A DNA stretch of 64,000 nucleotides from Rhodospirillaceae bacterium (GTDB lineage: Bacteria > Pseudomonadota > Alphaproteobacteria > Thalassobaculales > Thalassobaculaceae), in the NCBI GenBank assembly GCA_002722775.1, contig PBMU01000004.1, forward strand, positions 48,224 through 112,223, read 5' to 3'. Below the pieces are notes generated by a model. That model saw only the letters and a program-made list of their open reading frames with translations, was not told the origin of the DNA and searched no databases. Below are positions 20,924 to 30,156 of the stretch, one piece after another. The translations under genes and the position numbers were made by a program. Numbering within the stretch: position 1 is the first letter of the stretch; the number at the start of each line of letters is the position of its first letter.

Positions 20924-21034
20924 TCAGCAACCTTTACGACGCATTACGCCAATAGCATTTCTAGCTTTACGTTGGGCACGGATAATACCAATGCCAATTA
21001 TTACTACTGCAATTATGTGAAATGTTAACATCAT
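20924..21034 (-). CDS. Small single-pass membrane protein, 36 aa (not in ORF track)
   Basis: Hand translation: GAGGAGaca-ATGATG..., MMLTFHIIAVVIIGIGIIRAQRKARNAIGVMRRKGC. One TM helix plus a basic tail. Confidence 0.5.
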   Translation of the reverse strand: MMLTFHIIAVVIIGIGIIRAQRKARNAIGVMRRKGC

Positions 21035-21078
21035 TGTCTCCTCACGTTATTGATTGCGTAGTACTACTCTGCTCTACA

Positions 21079-21750
21079 TTACTTCTCGTACTTCTCCATA
21101 CGCTCAAGCTCTTGCTCTGCATATGCAATAATCTTACGCAGGTCACGTGCCTTACTACTATGACCAGCAGTGCCAAGACGGTAGCACGCACGGAATATCT
21201 CACCAATCTGAGCGTTCATGTTCTTGTGCCAGATAAGATGCTTCAACTCAGTAGCACCTGCGGGGAGGTCGTAGTGGCTAGTACCAGCATTACTACCATC
21301 ATTAACCTCGCCGACACTTTCATTCAGATTCTGGGGAAGCTGCGCAACTTCATCCAGATTGATACGACGCTCCATGTCATACTTAGGGAATGTAACCTTA
21401 CCTTCTGGTGTAATGGTACCTCCTGATAGTACAGCTGCGTGGAGTCTGGAAGCGCATACTGGGGGAGGATTATACAAGGCTAGTACTCCGGGAGCTAGGT
21501 AAGGACTTACATCTGACAGTACTAGTTCAGTGTCTGCTAGCATTTCCGTCACATGAGTCTTGGTTTCAATCTCCCTCACATGACTATCATCTAGTAGTTC
21601 CTGTGATAGAGGGAAGGTACGTCTATTCTCTATATCTTCCATAGTAGCATGACCGTCTTTGTAGCCTGTTGCTATTGCGTACACTACTTCATCTGTATCT
21701 TTATGACTAAAGCGATAGATACGATTAACCAGTAAGTCTGTTACTTTCAT
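21079..21750 (-). CDS. Protein with C-terminal DUF3310-like domain, 223 aa
   Basis: SHYDLPAGATELKHLIWHKNMNAQIGEIFRACYRLG...ARDLRKIIAYAEQEL matches the DUF3310 pattern (HY...E.i..i....f..gN..KY..R...K...DL.KA..Y). Confidence 0.55.
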   Translation of the reverse strand: MKVTDLLVNRIYRFSHKDTDEVVYAIATGYKDGHATMEDIENRRTFPLSQELLDDSHVREIETKTHVTEMLADTELVLSDVSPYLAPGVLALYNPPPVCASRLHAAVLSGGTITPEGKVTFPKYDMERRINLDEVAQLPQNLNESVGEVNDGSNAGTSHYDLPAGATELKHLIWHKNMNAQIGEIFRACYRLGTAGHSSKARDLRKIIAYAEQELERMEKYEK

Positions 21751-22178
21751 GATTCTTTTCCTTCTCGCATTTGGTTAGGGGTAAGAGGGCCAGTAGCGCT
21801 AGTGATATGCAGCAGTGCTTTACCGCCGGAATCTTCTAGTGCTGTCTTTAATGTCCAACATGCCAGCTCTGATTGCTTAGTGTGACCACCAGCAGTGAGG
21901 CCATAACACAATGCTATGCATCCATCACTTTCCGCTGCCGTAGTCATAGGATGAATCTCAATACCAGTACGGTCATGTACATGCTCCAGCTTAACAAACT
22001 GCCAACGTCCATGGTCATCACTAGCAATAGTATACCATCCTTCTGGTACGCAGGATTCGTTGACTAGATTATCTAGCCATGGCGGTTCTAATGCAGCCAG
22101 CTCTTCCACTGAATCCCAGATGAATCGACTGGTAGTTCTATCTTCATGGTATGTACGTACCATAGTGTAAATCTTCAT
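21747..22178 (-). CDS. DUF5675-like (YkuD-fold-like) protein, 143 aa
   Basis: ALEPPWLDNLVNESCVPEGWY...RTGIEIHPMTTAAESDGCIAL fits the DUF5675 signature (LE.p...N....s.IP.G.Y...gI.iH.gn....s.GCI). Confidence 0.55.
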   Translation of the reverse strand: MKIYTMVRTYHEDRTTSRFIWDSVEELAALEPPWLDNLVNESCVPEGWYTIASDDHGRWQFVKLEHVHDRTGIEIHPMTTAAESDGCIALCYGLTAGGHTKQSELACWTLKTALEDSGGKALLHITSATGPLTPNQMREGKES

Positions 22179-22198
22179 AGTGTTATCCTTATGGTGGG

Positions 22199-22534
22199 TT
22201 AGAATCGGAAGTTAAAATTGATACCAGCAGCAGCGAAGTCTGGCTTGGCAAGGTCCTTCTGCTTTTGCAATATATCATACTGACGGTGGCTAACGAATAC
22301 TACTTTATCCTGTGTGGAGAATAGTACTTCATCATTAGGCACACTCTCAGTAGTAATGGTAATCTTGGTACGCTTCCATGGAGTGAAGGATAGTAAGCGC
22401 TCCAGTTTAGTACGTTGTACTTCTTCCCTCTTCAGTACTGTCTTGAAGTCCGGTATGGATTTGGTAGGAATGATACGAGTACCAGCTACTAGCATAGTAC
22501 CATCAACAGGATGTCTGGTGTTCTTAGGTTCCAT
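22199..22534 (-). CDS. Hypothetical protein, 111 aa
   Basis: Start moved to ATG 22534 (GAGGACagagct-ATG), which removes the overlap with the upstream gene seen for track start 22579. Confidence 0.55.
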   Translation of the reverse strand: MEPKNTRHPVDGTMLVAGTRIIPTKSIPDFKTVLKREEVQRTKLERLLSFTPWKRTKITITTESVPNDEVLFSTQDKVVFVSHRQYDILQKQKDLAKPDFAAAGINFNFRF

Positions 22535-22545
22535 AGCTCTGTCCT

Positions 22546-22866
22546 CTAGTGTATGATTATGCCTTCTGGTAATTTCCAATCCTTTCGGGCATCTATTACT
22601 TGCCAGTATTTCAGAGTACTATACATCGGAGTACCATACTTGTTATACTTAAGCTGTCTAACTACTATAACATCAGGCAGTCCCAAGATAAAACCTTTCC
22701 GATATATAGTAATCTTCTGCTTTCTCTGATTTTTATCCAGCCCACTTACACTAATATATACAATACGATTATAGCCTTTCCTCACTATCCATTCTCTTCT
22801 AACTGACAGTAAGGCCAGTGGATTAATAATACGCCTCTTAATAAGTTTAACATTCACATTAATCAT
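22546..22866 (-). CDS. Basic AT-rich-island protein, 106 aa; weak PD-(D/E)xK-like motif (possible nuclease)
   Basis: GLPDVIVV...WQVIDARK. Visibly more AT-rich than its neighbours. Lies immediately downstream of the DNA polymerase gene. Confidence 0.35.
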   Translation of the reverse strand: MINVNVKLIKRRIINPLALLSVRREWIVRKGYNRIVYISVSGLDKNQRKQKITIYRKGFILGLPDVIVVRQLKYNKYGTPMYSTLKYWQVIDARKDWKLPEGIIIH

Positions 22867-22870
22867 AGTG

Positions 22871-25234
22871 TTAGTCCTTCAAGTTGCCCCAGCATTCATC
22901 ACACGCACCTCCGTCATTGGGTATTACCAGTTCTCTGCCATTGACAGTGATAGGTCTACTCATTAGTGTGCTTAGTGCTGGCTTGGTTTCAGGGTAGTGC
23001 TCAGGCTTAACCATGTATACTACTTCATCATGTACCTGCGCCTTTAGTCTTACGATGTTGCGAATAATCTGATACTCTAGCCAGAAGTCAAACATGGCTT
23101 CGTCTACTAGCATAACACTTAGTGATTGAGGCATGTGAGCTACATACTTATTCAGTGCTAGTTTGTTTGCTGGAAGTCGTGAAGGCTTACCAAAGCAATA
23201 GCGTGTCCATCCGATAGCAGTAGTCAGCATCTTCGTAGTACGAATCTTCTCTATTACTTCATCATAGTACCGACCTTTGAGGTCTGGATAGGTTAGTACA
23301 AATCGTTCCAGCAGATACTCACATACCTTCTTCAATCCCATACCTAGTGGTAGATTCAGTAGACGCTTGGCCTCTATCACATTCTTAACACCCATAGTCT
23401 CCAGTAGTTTAGCTGCTGCCATGTTGTAGTTACTGCCATGGTTGATACGCTTACTAAGAGTACGTAAGGATTTATCCTTTAGGATATTACCATTAGCATC
23501 CCGCTTAGGCTGTTGTACTTCGACACCATCTACTATTACAGTCTCATAGATAACCTTGATAATTTCATCTTCTGGTATACCGAAGAATAGTGAGGCATTA
23601 CGTGTATGGAAATCCTTAGCGTTCTCAACACTGTCAATGAGGGTAGCATCCTGACTGATATATGCAGTAGTACGAGACTCAGCCTGACTACCATCACAGT
23701 TAGCAATGACATAACCTTCGTCAGCAATGTACATACTACGAAGTTCATTATCCTGATTCTGTATCTGCGTACCTACCCACAAGTTACTAGCTTTACTACT
23801 AGCTCTGCCAGTATCTGTACCACCAGCATTAATCTCATAGAGTAATCTACCATCCATCAGAGTGGTATCAATGTAGGTACTCAACTTCTTACGTGCTGCT
23901 CGTACCTGACGGATTAAGTCTACTATTACTAGTTCCAACTCGCCACGGTCAGCAAACTTAGTCAGTGCCTTATCATCAGTAGACTTGAATTTGACAGTGG
24001 ATAGTGCATTGATTACTGCCTTAACCTGAGGAGCACTATTAGGATTAAAGCCTGGATATATGATAGTGCCTAGTCGTGCCAGTGCATTATCATACTGCTT
24101 AGTATAAAGCTCACGCAGACGCTGCTGCTCCACTTCATCTACCTTGAATCCTTCTAGTCCACAAGTAACATTAGGGAATACTTTACGGAACTCAATACGG
24201 TAGTTCTTCTTAACCCAATCTGGTGCTAGCTTCACCATTACTACCCAAGCCCATAGGGTATAGTAGGTATCCTTAGCATTGTACAAGTCCATGTTAACAC
24301 CAGCTTCTTCCTTCCAGTACTGGTAATCTTTCACAAACATACTAGCAATGAAGTTCAGTGTACGTGGTAGTTCTGCATACCAGCTGTGCATCATGTGGAA
24401 TGTGTCACCGAGCCAGTTATGTAGTGGTGCGTTGTAGCGGATAAGATGTGTAGCTTCATAGCCCCCATTCTGTGTAATCTTCATAGGCTCTAGTGCATTG
24501 AAGCGACGCATTAGTTCTATATCTGCCATGCAGTCAATGCGTAGTACTATGGAGTATGACTCCCAGCTACCATCATCCTTAAGCCACAGACCACAGTAAC
24601 CAATCATAGTAATCTTAGGAATACACCAACCCATCTTAGTGCTGTTCTTACCACTAGCAGTTTGCAGTTTCATCATAGCTGCCAATCCTGCTACAGGCTG
24701 TCCATCATCCAATGCTTTCTGGTACTTATGGAAGTCAATAGGTTCACGGTAGGTCTCAATATCCACTGCTATTGCTTCTGCTTCTGCAAAGCGGGATAGC
24801 CATGCCTCAGCCTTAGCAGTGTCAGTGCTGGATACATTATCCCATAGTAATTCTGGAATGGGTGGGAAGTCTCTGGAGAATTGCTTACGTACCCACCACC
24901 GCAGTAGATGTTCCGCAGTGTCAGTAGATACTAGTTGTTGGAAAGGACGTACTACTATTATCTTAATACCCTCTTCATGGAATACAGCACCAGCCCAATC
25001 CATCAAACTGTCAGACTCTTTGTCCGCTCCGTGATGCTTGCGGATTAACTTGGCTAGTATTTTAGGGTGGCTTAAGATAATAGCATCAGCCTTGTGCTTC
25101 TTAGCTGCGCGTAAGTGAGGAGATAGTAAATCGTAGATAGCCTTCGGTGCTAGTACACTGTGCCCACGTAGTGCCATCTTAGCGAAGGAGTAGTAGGAAG
25201 AGTTATATCTATCAGCGATTAGGTAGAAGTTCAT
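22871..25234 (-). CDS. Family A DNA polymerase with 3'-5' exonuclease domain, 787 aa
   Basis: AVDIETY (Exo I), DGSQAESR (motif A), RTLSKRINHGSNYNM (motif B), QVHDEVV (motif C). Start set at MNFYLIAD (25234) because the track start 25282 lies inside an upstream hairpin. Confidence 0.9.
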   Translation of the reverse strand: MNFYLIADRYNSSYYSFAKMALRGHSVLAPKAIYDLLSPHLRAAKKHKADAIILSHPKILAKLIRKHHGADKESDSLMDWAGAVFHEEGIKIIVVRPFQQLVSTDTAEHLLRWWVRKQFSRDFPPIPELLWDNVSSTDTAKAEAWLSRFAEAEAIAVDIETYREPIDFHKYQKALDDGQPVAGLAAMMKLQTASGKNSTKMGWCIPKITMIGYCGLWLKDDGSWESYSIVLRIDCMADIELMRRFNALEPMKITQNGGYEATHLIRYNAPLHNWLGDTFHMMHSWYAELPRTLNFIASMFVKDYQYWKEEAGVNMDLYNAKDTYYTLWAWVVMVKLAPDWVKKNYRIEFRKVFPNVTCGLEGFKVDEVEQQRLRELYTKQYDNALARLGTIIYPGFNPNSAPQVKAVINALSTVKFKSTDDKALTKFADRGELELVIVDLIRQVRAARKKLSTYIDTTLMDGRLLYEINAGGTDTGRASSKASNLWVGTQIQNQDNELRSMYIADEGYVIANCDGSQAESRTTAYISQDATLIDSVENAKDFHTRNASLFFGIPEDEIIKVIYETVIVDGVEVQQPKRDANGNILKDKSLRTLSKRINHGSNYNMAAAKLLETMGVKNVIEAKRLLNLPLGMGLKKVCEYLLERFVLTYPDLKGRYYDEVIEKIRTTKMLTTAIGWTRYCFGKPSRLPANKLALNKYVAHMPQSLSVMLVDEAMFDFWLEYQIIRNIVRLKAQVHDEVVYMVKPEHYPETKPALSTLMSRPITVNGRELVIPNDGGACDECWGNLKD

Positions 25235-25266
25235 TATACATCCGTAGTAATAGTGAATTAGTAGAA

Positions 25267-25292
25267 GGAATAAAGGCACCAATGAAGGTGCC
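25267..25292 (-). terminator. Candidate intrinsic terminator after the 25338 gene
   Basis: On the minus strand: GGCACC-ttcatt-GGTGCC followed by TTTATT. Short 6-bp stem. Confidence 0.4.
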
Positions 25293-25337
25293 CTTAGTAT
25301 TACTAGTAGCTAGGCTACATCAACACAGGCTATGAGA

Positions 25338-25835
25338 TTAATCCCACAGTACCGATTTAGCATCAATGCGGTTGCCTTCACGAATTTCACCAGTGTCTTT
25401 GTTCTTCCACTTAGTGTGTTTGATAATACCAGTCCCGGTAAAGCCAACAATGTTTTCCATTGCTTCTGCTAGTGTGGTCCAGCCCTGTGCTGCTGCTAAC
25501 TCACGCGTCATAGTAGCGAATGCTTTCAGACCCATTTTCTTTTCACCCACAATCATGGATTCTTTGTAGTCTTTCGGCATGTCACCAACAGCTTTACGGT
25601 TTTCTTCCGTATCAGTGTCCAGTTCTACCAGCTCAGTCAGAGTCAGTTCCATTACTACCGCATCAATATCTTCGGAACCAACAGTTTCCAGACCGCATGA
25701 CTTAACAGCAAAGGTAAACATAGCAGTTGGTAGTGGCGCAAAGGACGCGAGGTCATCGACTTCATCGTACCCTAGTGATAGTGCTTCGTCAGTAGTTAAC
25801 AGTTCGAGTTCTTCTTGAGTTTTAAATTCGCTCAT
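25338..25835 (-). CDS. Acidic 165-aa protein next to the Sak4-like ATPase (DUF669-like / ssDNA-binding candidate)
   Basis: AAGGAatttacta-ATG RBS. Codon usage differs from the neighbours (few CTA/AGT/ATA codons). Followed by a hairpin. Function inferred from synteny only. Confidence 0.35.
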   Translation of the reverse strand: MSEFKTQEELELLTTDEALSLGYDEVDDLASFAPLPTAMFTFAVKSCGLETVGSEDIDAVVMELTLTELVELDTDTEENRKAVGDMPKDYKESMIVGEKKMGLKAFATMTRELAAAQGWTTLAEAMENIVGFTGTGIIKHTKWKNKDTGEIREGNRIDAKSVLWD

Positions 25836-25923
25836 TAGTAAATTCCTTACATGAGATTGATATTACAATTGATTAATGGTGTAGTACATCTTTATTCTAG
25901 TAGTACCATCTAGGACTAGCAGT

Positions 25924-26790
25924 CTATTTCCCGTACAGTTTACACATATCACGGGCCATAGTATCCAGAGTAGTAACGTCGATGGTGTGGTTGCCTCTAG
26001 TACCTGCTAGTACTTTGGCGTCACCGGTGGTCGTCGATACTACCATGTGTTTCTTATTACGGATATGGGAGTAGAGCGCGTTGTTAAAGTAGCGGGGTAT
26101 CTTTCTACTAAAGTCATACGTACCGCCACTAGGAACAATCTTACTAGAAGCATCTTCCATTTTACCCATTTGCTCGTGGGAGATAACTACAGTATTATAT
26201 TGTGCGCCCTGCATATAGTCAAGAAACTTCTCAAGGTATCGCCCCTGACTACGCCAGTGTTTGAACTCTTCGAATTCATCCTTACCCATATCCAGTTTAC
26301 GAGTAGCAAGAGCATTAGCACTACTAGCAAGCTGAGTAAAGCTATCCCATACTACTACCCATTCATTAGGGTCCAGACTATTCAGTGTCCACTCGTTGAT
26401 AATACCATTAGTGAACTCACCAGCTTTGATAGCAGGCACTTCCTTATTCAATTCTCTGCACTCTGCGCACGCAGGAGTAATAGCAGGCTTATTCATAAGG
26501 ATACCATGCGCGTCACACATCTGAGCTTTAGTACCATTGGCAAGGAACATAGCACTATTAACAAAGTTATAGTTGTCCTTATTATCATACACCGGCTGCA
26601 CATAGATATTGCGTAACCATGCTGGTGGTAGGTTGGCTAATAGTGACCGGCCATTCTCACCGTCGATGTACAGTACCTTGAACTTAGATGCCAGTGACAG
26701 TGCTAGTGTTGTCTTACCTGTCAGTGAGGCACCATATATAATGGTAGACTGCGCACTAGATTGCTTTGCTACGACTGTGGCCTGTGGCAT
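25924..26790 (-). CDS. Sak4 / AAA_24-like RecA-fold ATPase (recombination), 288 aa
   Basis: Walker A IIYGASLTGKTTLAL followed by LYIDGENG. Walker B-like VVVWDSF. Confidence 0.65.
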   Translation of the reverse strand: MPQATVVAKQSSAQSTIIYGASLTGKTTLALSLASKFKVLYIDGENGRSLLANLPPAWLRNIYVQPVYDNKDNYNFVNSAMFLANGTKAQMCDAHGILMNKPAITPACAECRELNKEVPAIKAGEFTNGIINEWTLNSLDPNEWVVVWDSFTQLASSANALATRKLDMGKDEFEEFKHWRSQGRYLEKFLDYMQGAQYNTVVISHEQMGKMEDASSKIVPSGGTYDFSRKIPRYFNNALYSHIRNKKHMVVSTTTGDAKVLAGTRGNHTIDVTTLDTMARDMCKLYGK

Positions 26791-27038
26791 TATTCAGACT
26801 CCTCTTCGTTACTACCAGTGGGCTCTGCCACGTAGCCTAACTCTGTTAGTACTGCTGCGCACAACAGGATAGCTTTGGCATTTGCTACTATCCATTGAGG
26901 CTTCACATTCCAGCCAGTCTGACGCAACTCACTACTGACGGATAAGTCCAGTAATGCTTGGTAGTCTTCCGCCTCTACAAGAGTAGGGAATTCTTTGCCG
27001 TCACTGGCAGTGTAGTTTATTTTAATCTCAGTAGTCAC
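26790..27038 (-). CDS. Hypothetical acidic protein, 82 aa
   Basis: Start/stop overlaps on both sides (coupled). Confidence 0.55.
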   Translation of the reverse strand: MTTEIKINYTASDGKEFPTLVEAEDYQALLDLSVSSELRQTGWNVKPQWIVANAKAILLCAAVLTELGYVAEPTGSNEEESE

Positions 27039-28087
27039 TATTCGTCTCCTAACATTGTTGTCATAAATAAATCAGCATCACCTACTTCTGACTCTTCACC
27101 AGATTCTATCTGTTCTATCAGTTCATCCTGACGGTCCAGTAGTTGGTCCAGTGTAAAGTGGAAGTCAGGGTTAGTGAGCTTAGTGTAACTCTCTTCGTCA
27201 GTAGTACCATCCACCGGCTTAAAGATACGGGACAGTGCTGCATCGGAATACTGGCAAGCACTATCAATGTACTCACACGGACGGAAGTAAGAGTAGCAGT
27301 GCTGCCCTTGCCGTGGATAACCATAGTGCTCATACAACTTGGCCTTCTCTACCTCTACTACTAAGTCCCGTAACCAGTCAGCACGATGCTTGGTAGTTTT
27401 AACAAATGGCATCGGTACTATGTTCATACTACGGGACTGGAATACCAGATAGAGTACATCGAAACTAGCAGCCTGTCCTTTATTAGCAGCCATCAAGTCA
27501 ATGACAGCGCCGTATCCTAGAGCCTGACTACTATTCTTATAGGTGGCTTCATGGACAGACGACATACCAGTAGTCTTGAGTTCTATTACCATGTAACGTT
27601 GCTTCTCAGGATGGTACAGTACTAGGTCGATGTGACCTTCGAATGTATACCCATCTATCAAATCTATTACAAAGGTAAGCTCGATTGCTGGTACTTCTTT
27701 ACCATCTTGCATTACTCGTGCTACTTCCCATCCATCTAGGTAGCTGTACACGCCAGCTTGGTAGCGCTTGATGAATAAGTCTGTTGCTACTAGCGCAGTC
27801 CAGATAGATTTCTTACTGGCTTGTTCCCCGTCAGTACCAATGTCTTCGATGTCGTGGGTATAAGCCAGCATACACTGTACCATGCACTGCTCGTAAGAGT
27901 AGCCAGCAATAGCAGACTGAATACCCATTGCTACTGCGTGTCCATAGCTGAATGTTACTGACTCACGATTAGCCTTAATAGCGAACTTAGAATCCAGCTC
28001 GAATTTACGAGGGCAATTCTGTAGTGTTAGCTGGCGACTGTAAGACAGACCAGTATGAGTGATGTTGTAGTAGTCGAGTTTAGCCAT
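27038..28087 (-). CDS. PD-(D/E)XK exonuclease with Cas4-like Cys cluster, 349 aa
   Basis: N-terminal LQNCPRKFEL. Core HIDLVLY...MVIELKTT (D...ExK). C-terminal HCYSYFRPCEYIDSAC cysteines. Confidence 0.7.
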   Translation of the reverse strand: MAKLDYYNITHTGLSYSRQLTLQNCPRKFELDSKFAIKANRESVTFSYGHAVAMGIQSAIAGYSYEQCMVQCMLAYTHDIEDIGTDGEQASKKSIWTALVATDLFIKRYQAGVYSYLDGWEVARVMQDGKEVPAIELTFVIDLIDGYTFEGHIDLVLYHPEKQRYMVIELKTTGMSSVHEATYKNSSQALGYGAVIDLMAANKGQAASFDVLYLVFQSRSMNIVPMPFVKTTKHRADWLRDLVVEVEKAKLYEHYGYPRQGQHCYSYFRPCEYIDSACQYSDAALSRIFKPVDGTTDEESYTKLTNPDFHFTLDQLLDRQDELIEQIESGEESEVGDADLFMTTMLGDE

Positions 28088-28089
28088 TA

Positions 28090-28362
28090 CTAGCCCCTTG
28101 CTCGTTTTAGTAAGCGGAGTGGTACTACTTCTTCTCGCGTGTGGTAGAAGTTAGCAGGCTTACCATCAAATTCAGTACCGTGTAATTCAGAACTCTTAGG
28201 ATAGTGCACATGGAATCCTGAAGGAGTAGTAGTAGTAGTAACAGTAGCCTTGTGACACTGGCCACGTTTGAAGATGTCAGATACCACAGGGTCAGGCACT
28301 ACTATACGTACCAGTACTACATCACCTTCTCGCAACATGTAAGCATCGTTAGGTAAATTCAT
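28090..28362 (-). CDS. Hypothetical protein, 90 aa
   Basis: Start moved to ATG 28362 (GGAGAAtacta-ATG, TAATG overlap with the upstream stop). Confidence 0.55.
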   Translation of the reverse strand: MNLPNDAYMLREGDVVLVRIVVPDPVVSDIFKRGQCHKATVTTTTTPSGFHVHYPKSSELHGTEFDGKPANFYHTREEVVPLRLLKRARG

Positions 28363-28610
28363 TAGTATTCTCCAATGGATTGAATGTGACAATGAGGAGT
28401 AGCGCCAAGACTAGCAGTGCATACCTCTTCGTAACGTTCAGCGTGGAAAGTAGTATTATCTTCCACTAAGTCTGGCGCTTCCTTATCTAACTGCTCCAGT
28501 AGTAACTGGTGTGCTATCTCTTTACTGCGTGCTACTGCTACTGCATAGGCACCAATTGGATAGCACCCAGTAAAGCAGATTGCATATACCTTGGGATTAA
28601 TCATTGGCAT
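28362..28610 (-). CDS. Hypothetical protein, 82 aa
   Basis: GAGGAGaatgagta-ATG RBS. Confidence 0.6.
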   Translation of the reverse strand: MPMINPKVYAICFTGCYPIGAYAVAVARSKEIAHQLLLEQLDKEAPDLVEDNTTFHAERYEEVCTASLGATPHCHIQSIGEY

Positions 28611-28636
28611 TACTCATTCTCCTCTCATTAGTAGTC

Positions 28637-29134
28637 TTATCCGAAATCACTCAAGTCCATACTAGCATCAAGAGCCTTACTAGTTGTAGCCTTGGACTTA
28701 GTCTTGGGAGCAGTCTCAACATTAGCAAGCTTGAGCATACCACTCACCAGTATATTGAGCTGGGCATCTGTTAGTATATGCGTCAGCTCAGGGAACTGTT
28801 GAAGATTGCGACGGATAGCAGTACTAAGGCTACGAATCTGTGGAGTATCTTCCACTAGTGCTGCGTCCAACTCCTTCATACTAGCAATGAATGACTCTGC
28901 GTCCAAACCAGTAACATCATGCAATTCGTCAGCGAACTTGTAAGTACCACGCTCCTCTTGCTGCTCTTGGTGTAGCTCCAGCTTGGACTTCTGCTCTGCA
29001 ATACGCAGTGTCATATTATCCAACTGTTTCGGTTTACCAGTGGTATCTACACCATCTTCTTTATCAGTCTTGATATTAGTAGCAGCCTTTGATTTAGCTG
29101 CTCGTAACTTAGCTTGCAGGTCGGCTAGTGCCAT
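28637..29134 (-). CDS. Hypothetical protein, 165 aa, with acidic C-terminal tail ...MDLSDFG
   Basis: Good ORF. C-terminus resembles the tails of the 36299 and 37438 proteins. Confidence 0.6.
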   Translation of the reverse strand: MALADLQAKLRAAKSKAATNIKTDKEDGVDTTGKPKQLDNMTLRIAEQKSKLELHQEQQEERGTYKFADELHDVTGLDAESFIASMKELDAALVEDTPQIRSLSTAIRRNLQQFPELTHILTDAQLNILVSGMLKLANVETAPKTKSKATTSKALDASMDLSDFG

Positions 29135-29412
29135 TAGAAGTCCTCCGCATTAATATCTGAAGAGCCTAAGTCTAGTACGAATGTTAGCTTGTTGCCTTCA
29201 ATAGTACTGGTAAGTTTAGCAAAAGGGTAGCGCACCTTGAATGCATCATCCTCATACTTCTCCTTCTGAACACCCTTTCTAGCAGTACGCATGAAGCGTC
29301 TTACTACTTCTGGGTTCTCACTGTTGGATGGTATGAGACTAGCACGTTTTAATTCCTTTAGTGTCTGCCATACTTCTGCCCATCTACGTCTCTTCTTTAG
29401 AGTTGTTGTCAT
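29134..29412 (-). CDS. Hypothetical basic protein, 92 aa, C-terminus ...DINAEDF
   Basis: GAGGAAacaatcc-ATG RBS. Confidence 0.6.
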   Translation of the reverse strand: MTTTLKKRRRWAEVWQTLKELKRASLIPSNSENPEVVRRFMRTARKGVQKEKYEDDAFKVRYPFAKLTSTIEGNKLTFVLDLGSSDINAEDF

Positions 29413-29692
29413 GGATTGTTTCCTCTAGTAGTGTAAAATCGCCTAATGGTTCACGGGGTTTGCTGAGGCTTACACTGAAAGTACTAGTATCCTCGTCATA
29501 CTTAATTGATAGTACAGTTCTCTCTAACTCTATCCCGAGTACAGATAGCTCTGCCTTCAAATTGTTCAACGCGCGTCGTAGTCCTACTCGCACATTGTTA
29601 TACGCGGTACTAGTTTTAAACTTAATCGTTATATCACTCTCTTCGGTAGTGGTCTTATCCACTAGTAACTGAATTATCTGTGCATATTGCAT
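29384..29692 (-). CDS. Hypothetical protein, 102 aa
   Basis: ORF overlaps the next gene by 29 nt. Confidence 0.55.
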   Translation of the reverse strand: MQYAQIIQLLVDKTTTEESDITIKFKTSTAYNNVRVGLRRALNNLKAELSVLGIELERTVLSIKYDEDTSTFSVSLSKPREPLGDFTLLEETIHDNNSKEET

Positions 29693-30156
29693 AACGACTC
29701 CTTACCTTCTCTATTATCTAAGATACCGTCCCTATAGTCAAGTAAACGTTGAAATATCTTTCGTTGTACTGTGCAAGGTAGCACTCCGAATACTATAGTC
29801 ATGGGGTTCCAGTACTCTCTCATATCAGTAATAGTAGCTGTCACTACCGGACTCAAAGAACCACAACAGCTGGCACAAGTACTTCCATAGGGCATTATAC
29901 TGGCACAACAGTGATGTACATCATGGCACCGTAGACACTGCTGTTGGTAGAATGTGACATACTGGTGGTCACGATGCACACTAGGGGCATAATCGAGTAG
30001 TAGCTTGGCCAATTCATGCTGGCTTCTGTAGTCATGGTCCTTACTACTGACTGGATTACGCTCGAAGTAATAGAGCCACCCTACGAACAGGGCAGCAATA
30101 TTATCTTCCTTCTCAGCACTAAGCTCGTTGGAGTACATGGCTGTTATACCAGTCAC
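29674..30156 (-). CDS. Cys/His-rich protein, 160 aa (possible metal-binding)
   Basis: CLRCHDVHHCCASIMPYGSTCASCCGS. No clear SD. Alternative start at 30138. Confidence 0.45.
   Translation of the reverse strand: MTGITAMYSNELSAEKEDNIAALFVGWLYYFERNPVSSKDHDYRSQHELAKLLLDYAPSVHRDHQYVTFYQQQCLRCHDVHHCCASIMPYGSTCASCCGSLSPVVTATITDMREYWNPMTIVFGVLPCTVQRKIFQRLLDYRDGILDNREGKESLCNMHR

Noticed and set aside
25235-25282. Upstream start of the DNA polymerase ORF (MVPLFLLLIHYYYGCI...)
   Set aside because: The extension is hydrophobic nonsense that overlaps the hairpin/terminator of the upstream gene. MNFYLIAD at 25234 is the more plausible start.
26047-26616. 189-aa plus-strand ORF antisense to the Sak4-like ATPase gene
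   Set aside because: It has no RBS or motifs, while the minus-strand frame carries clear Walker motifs.
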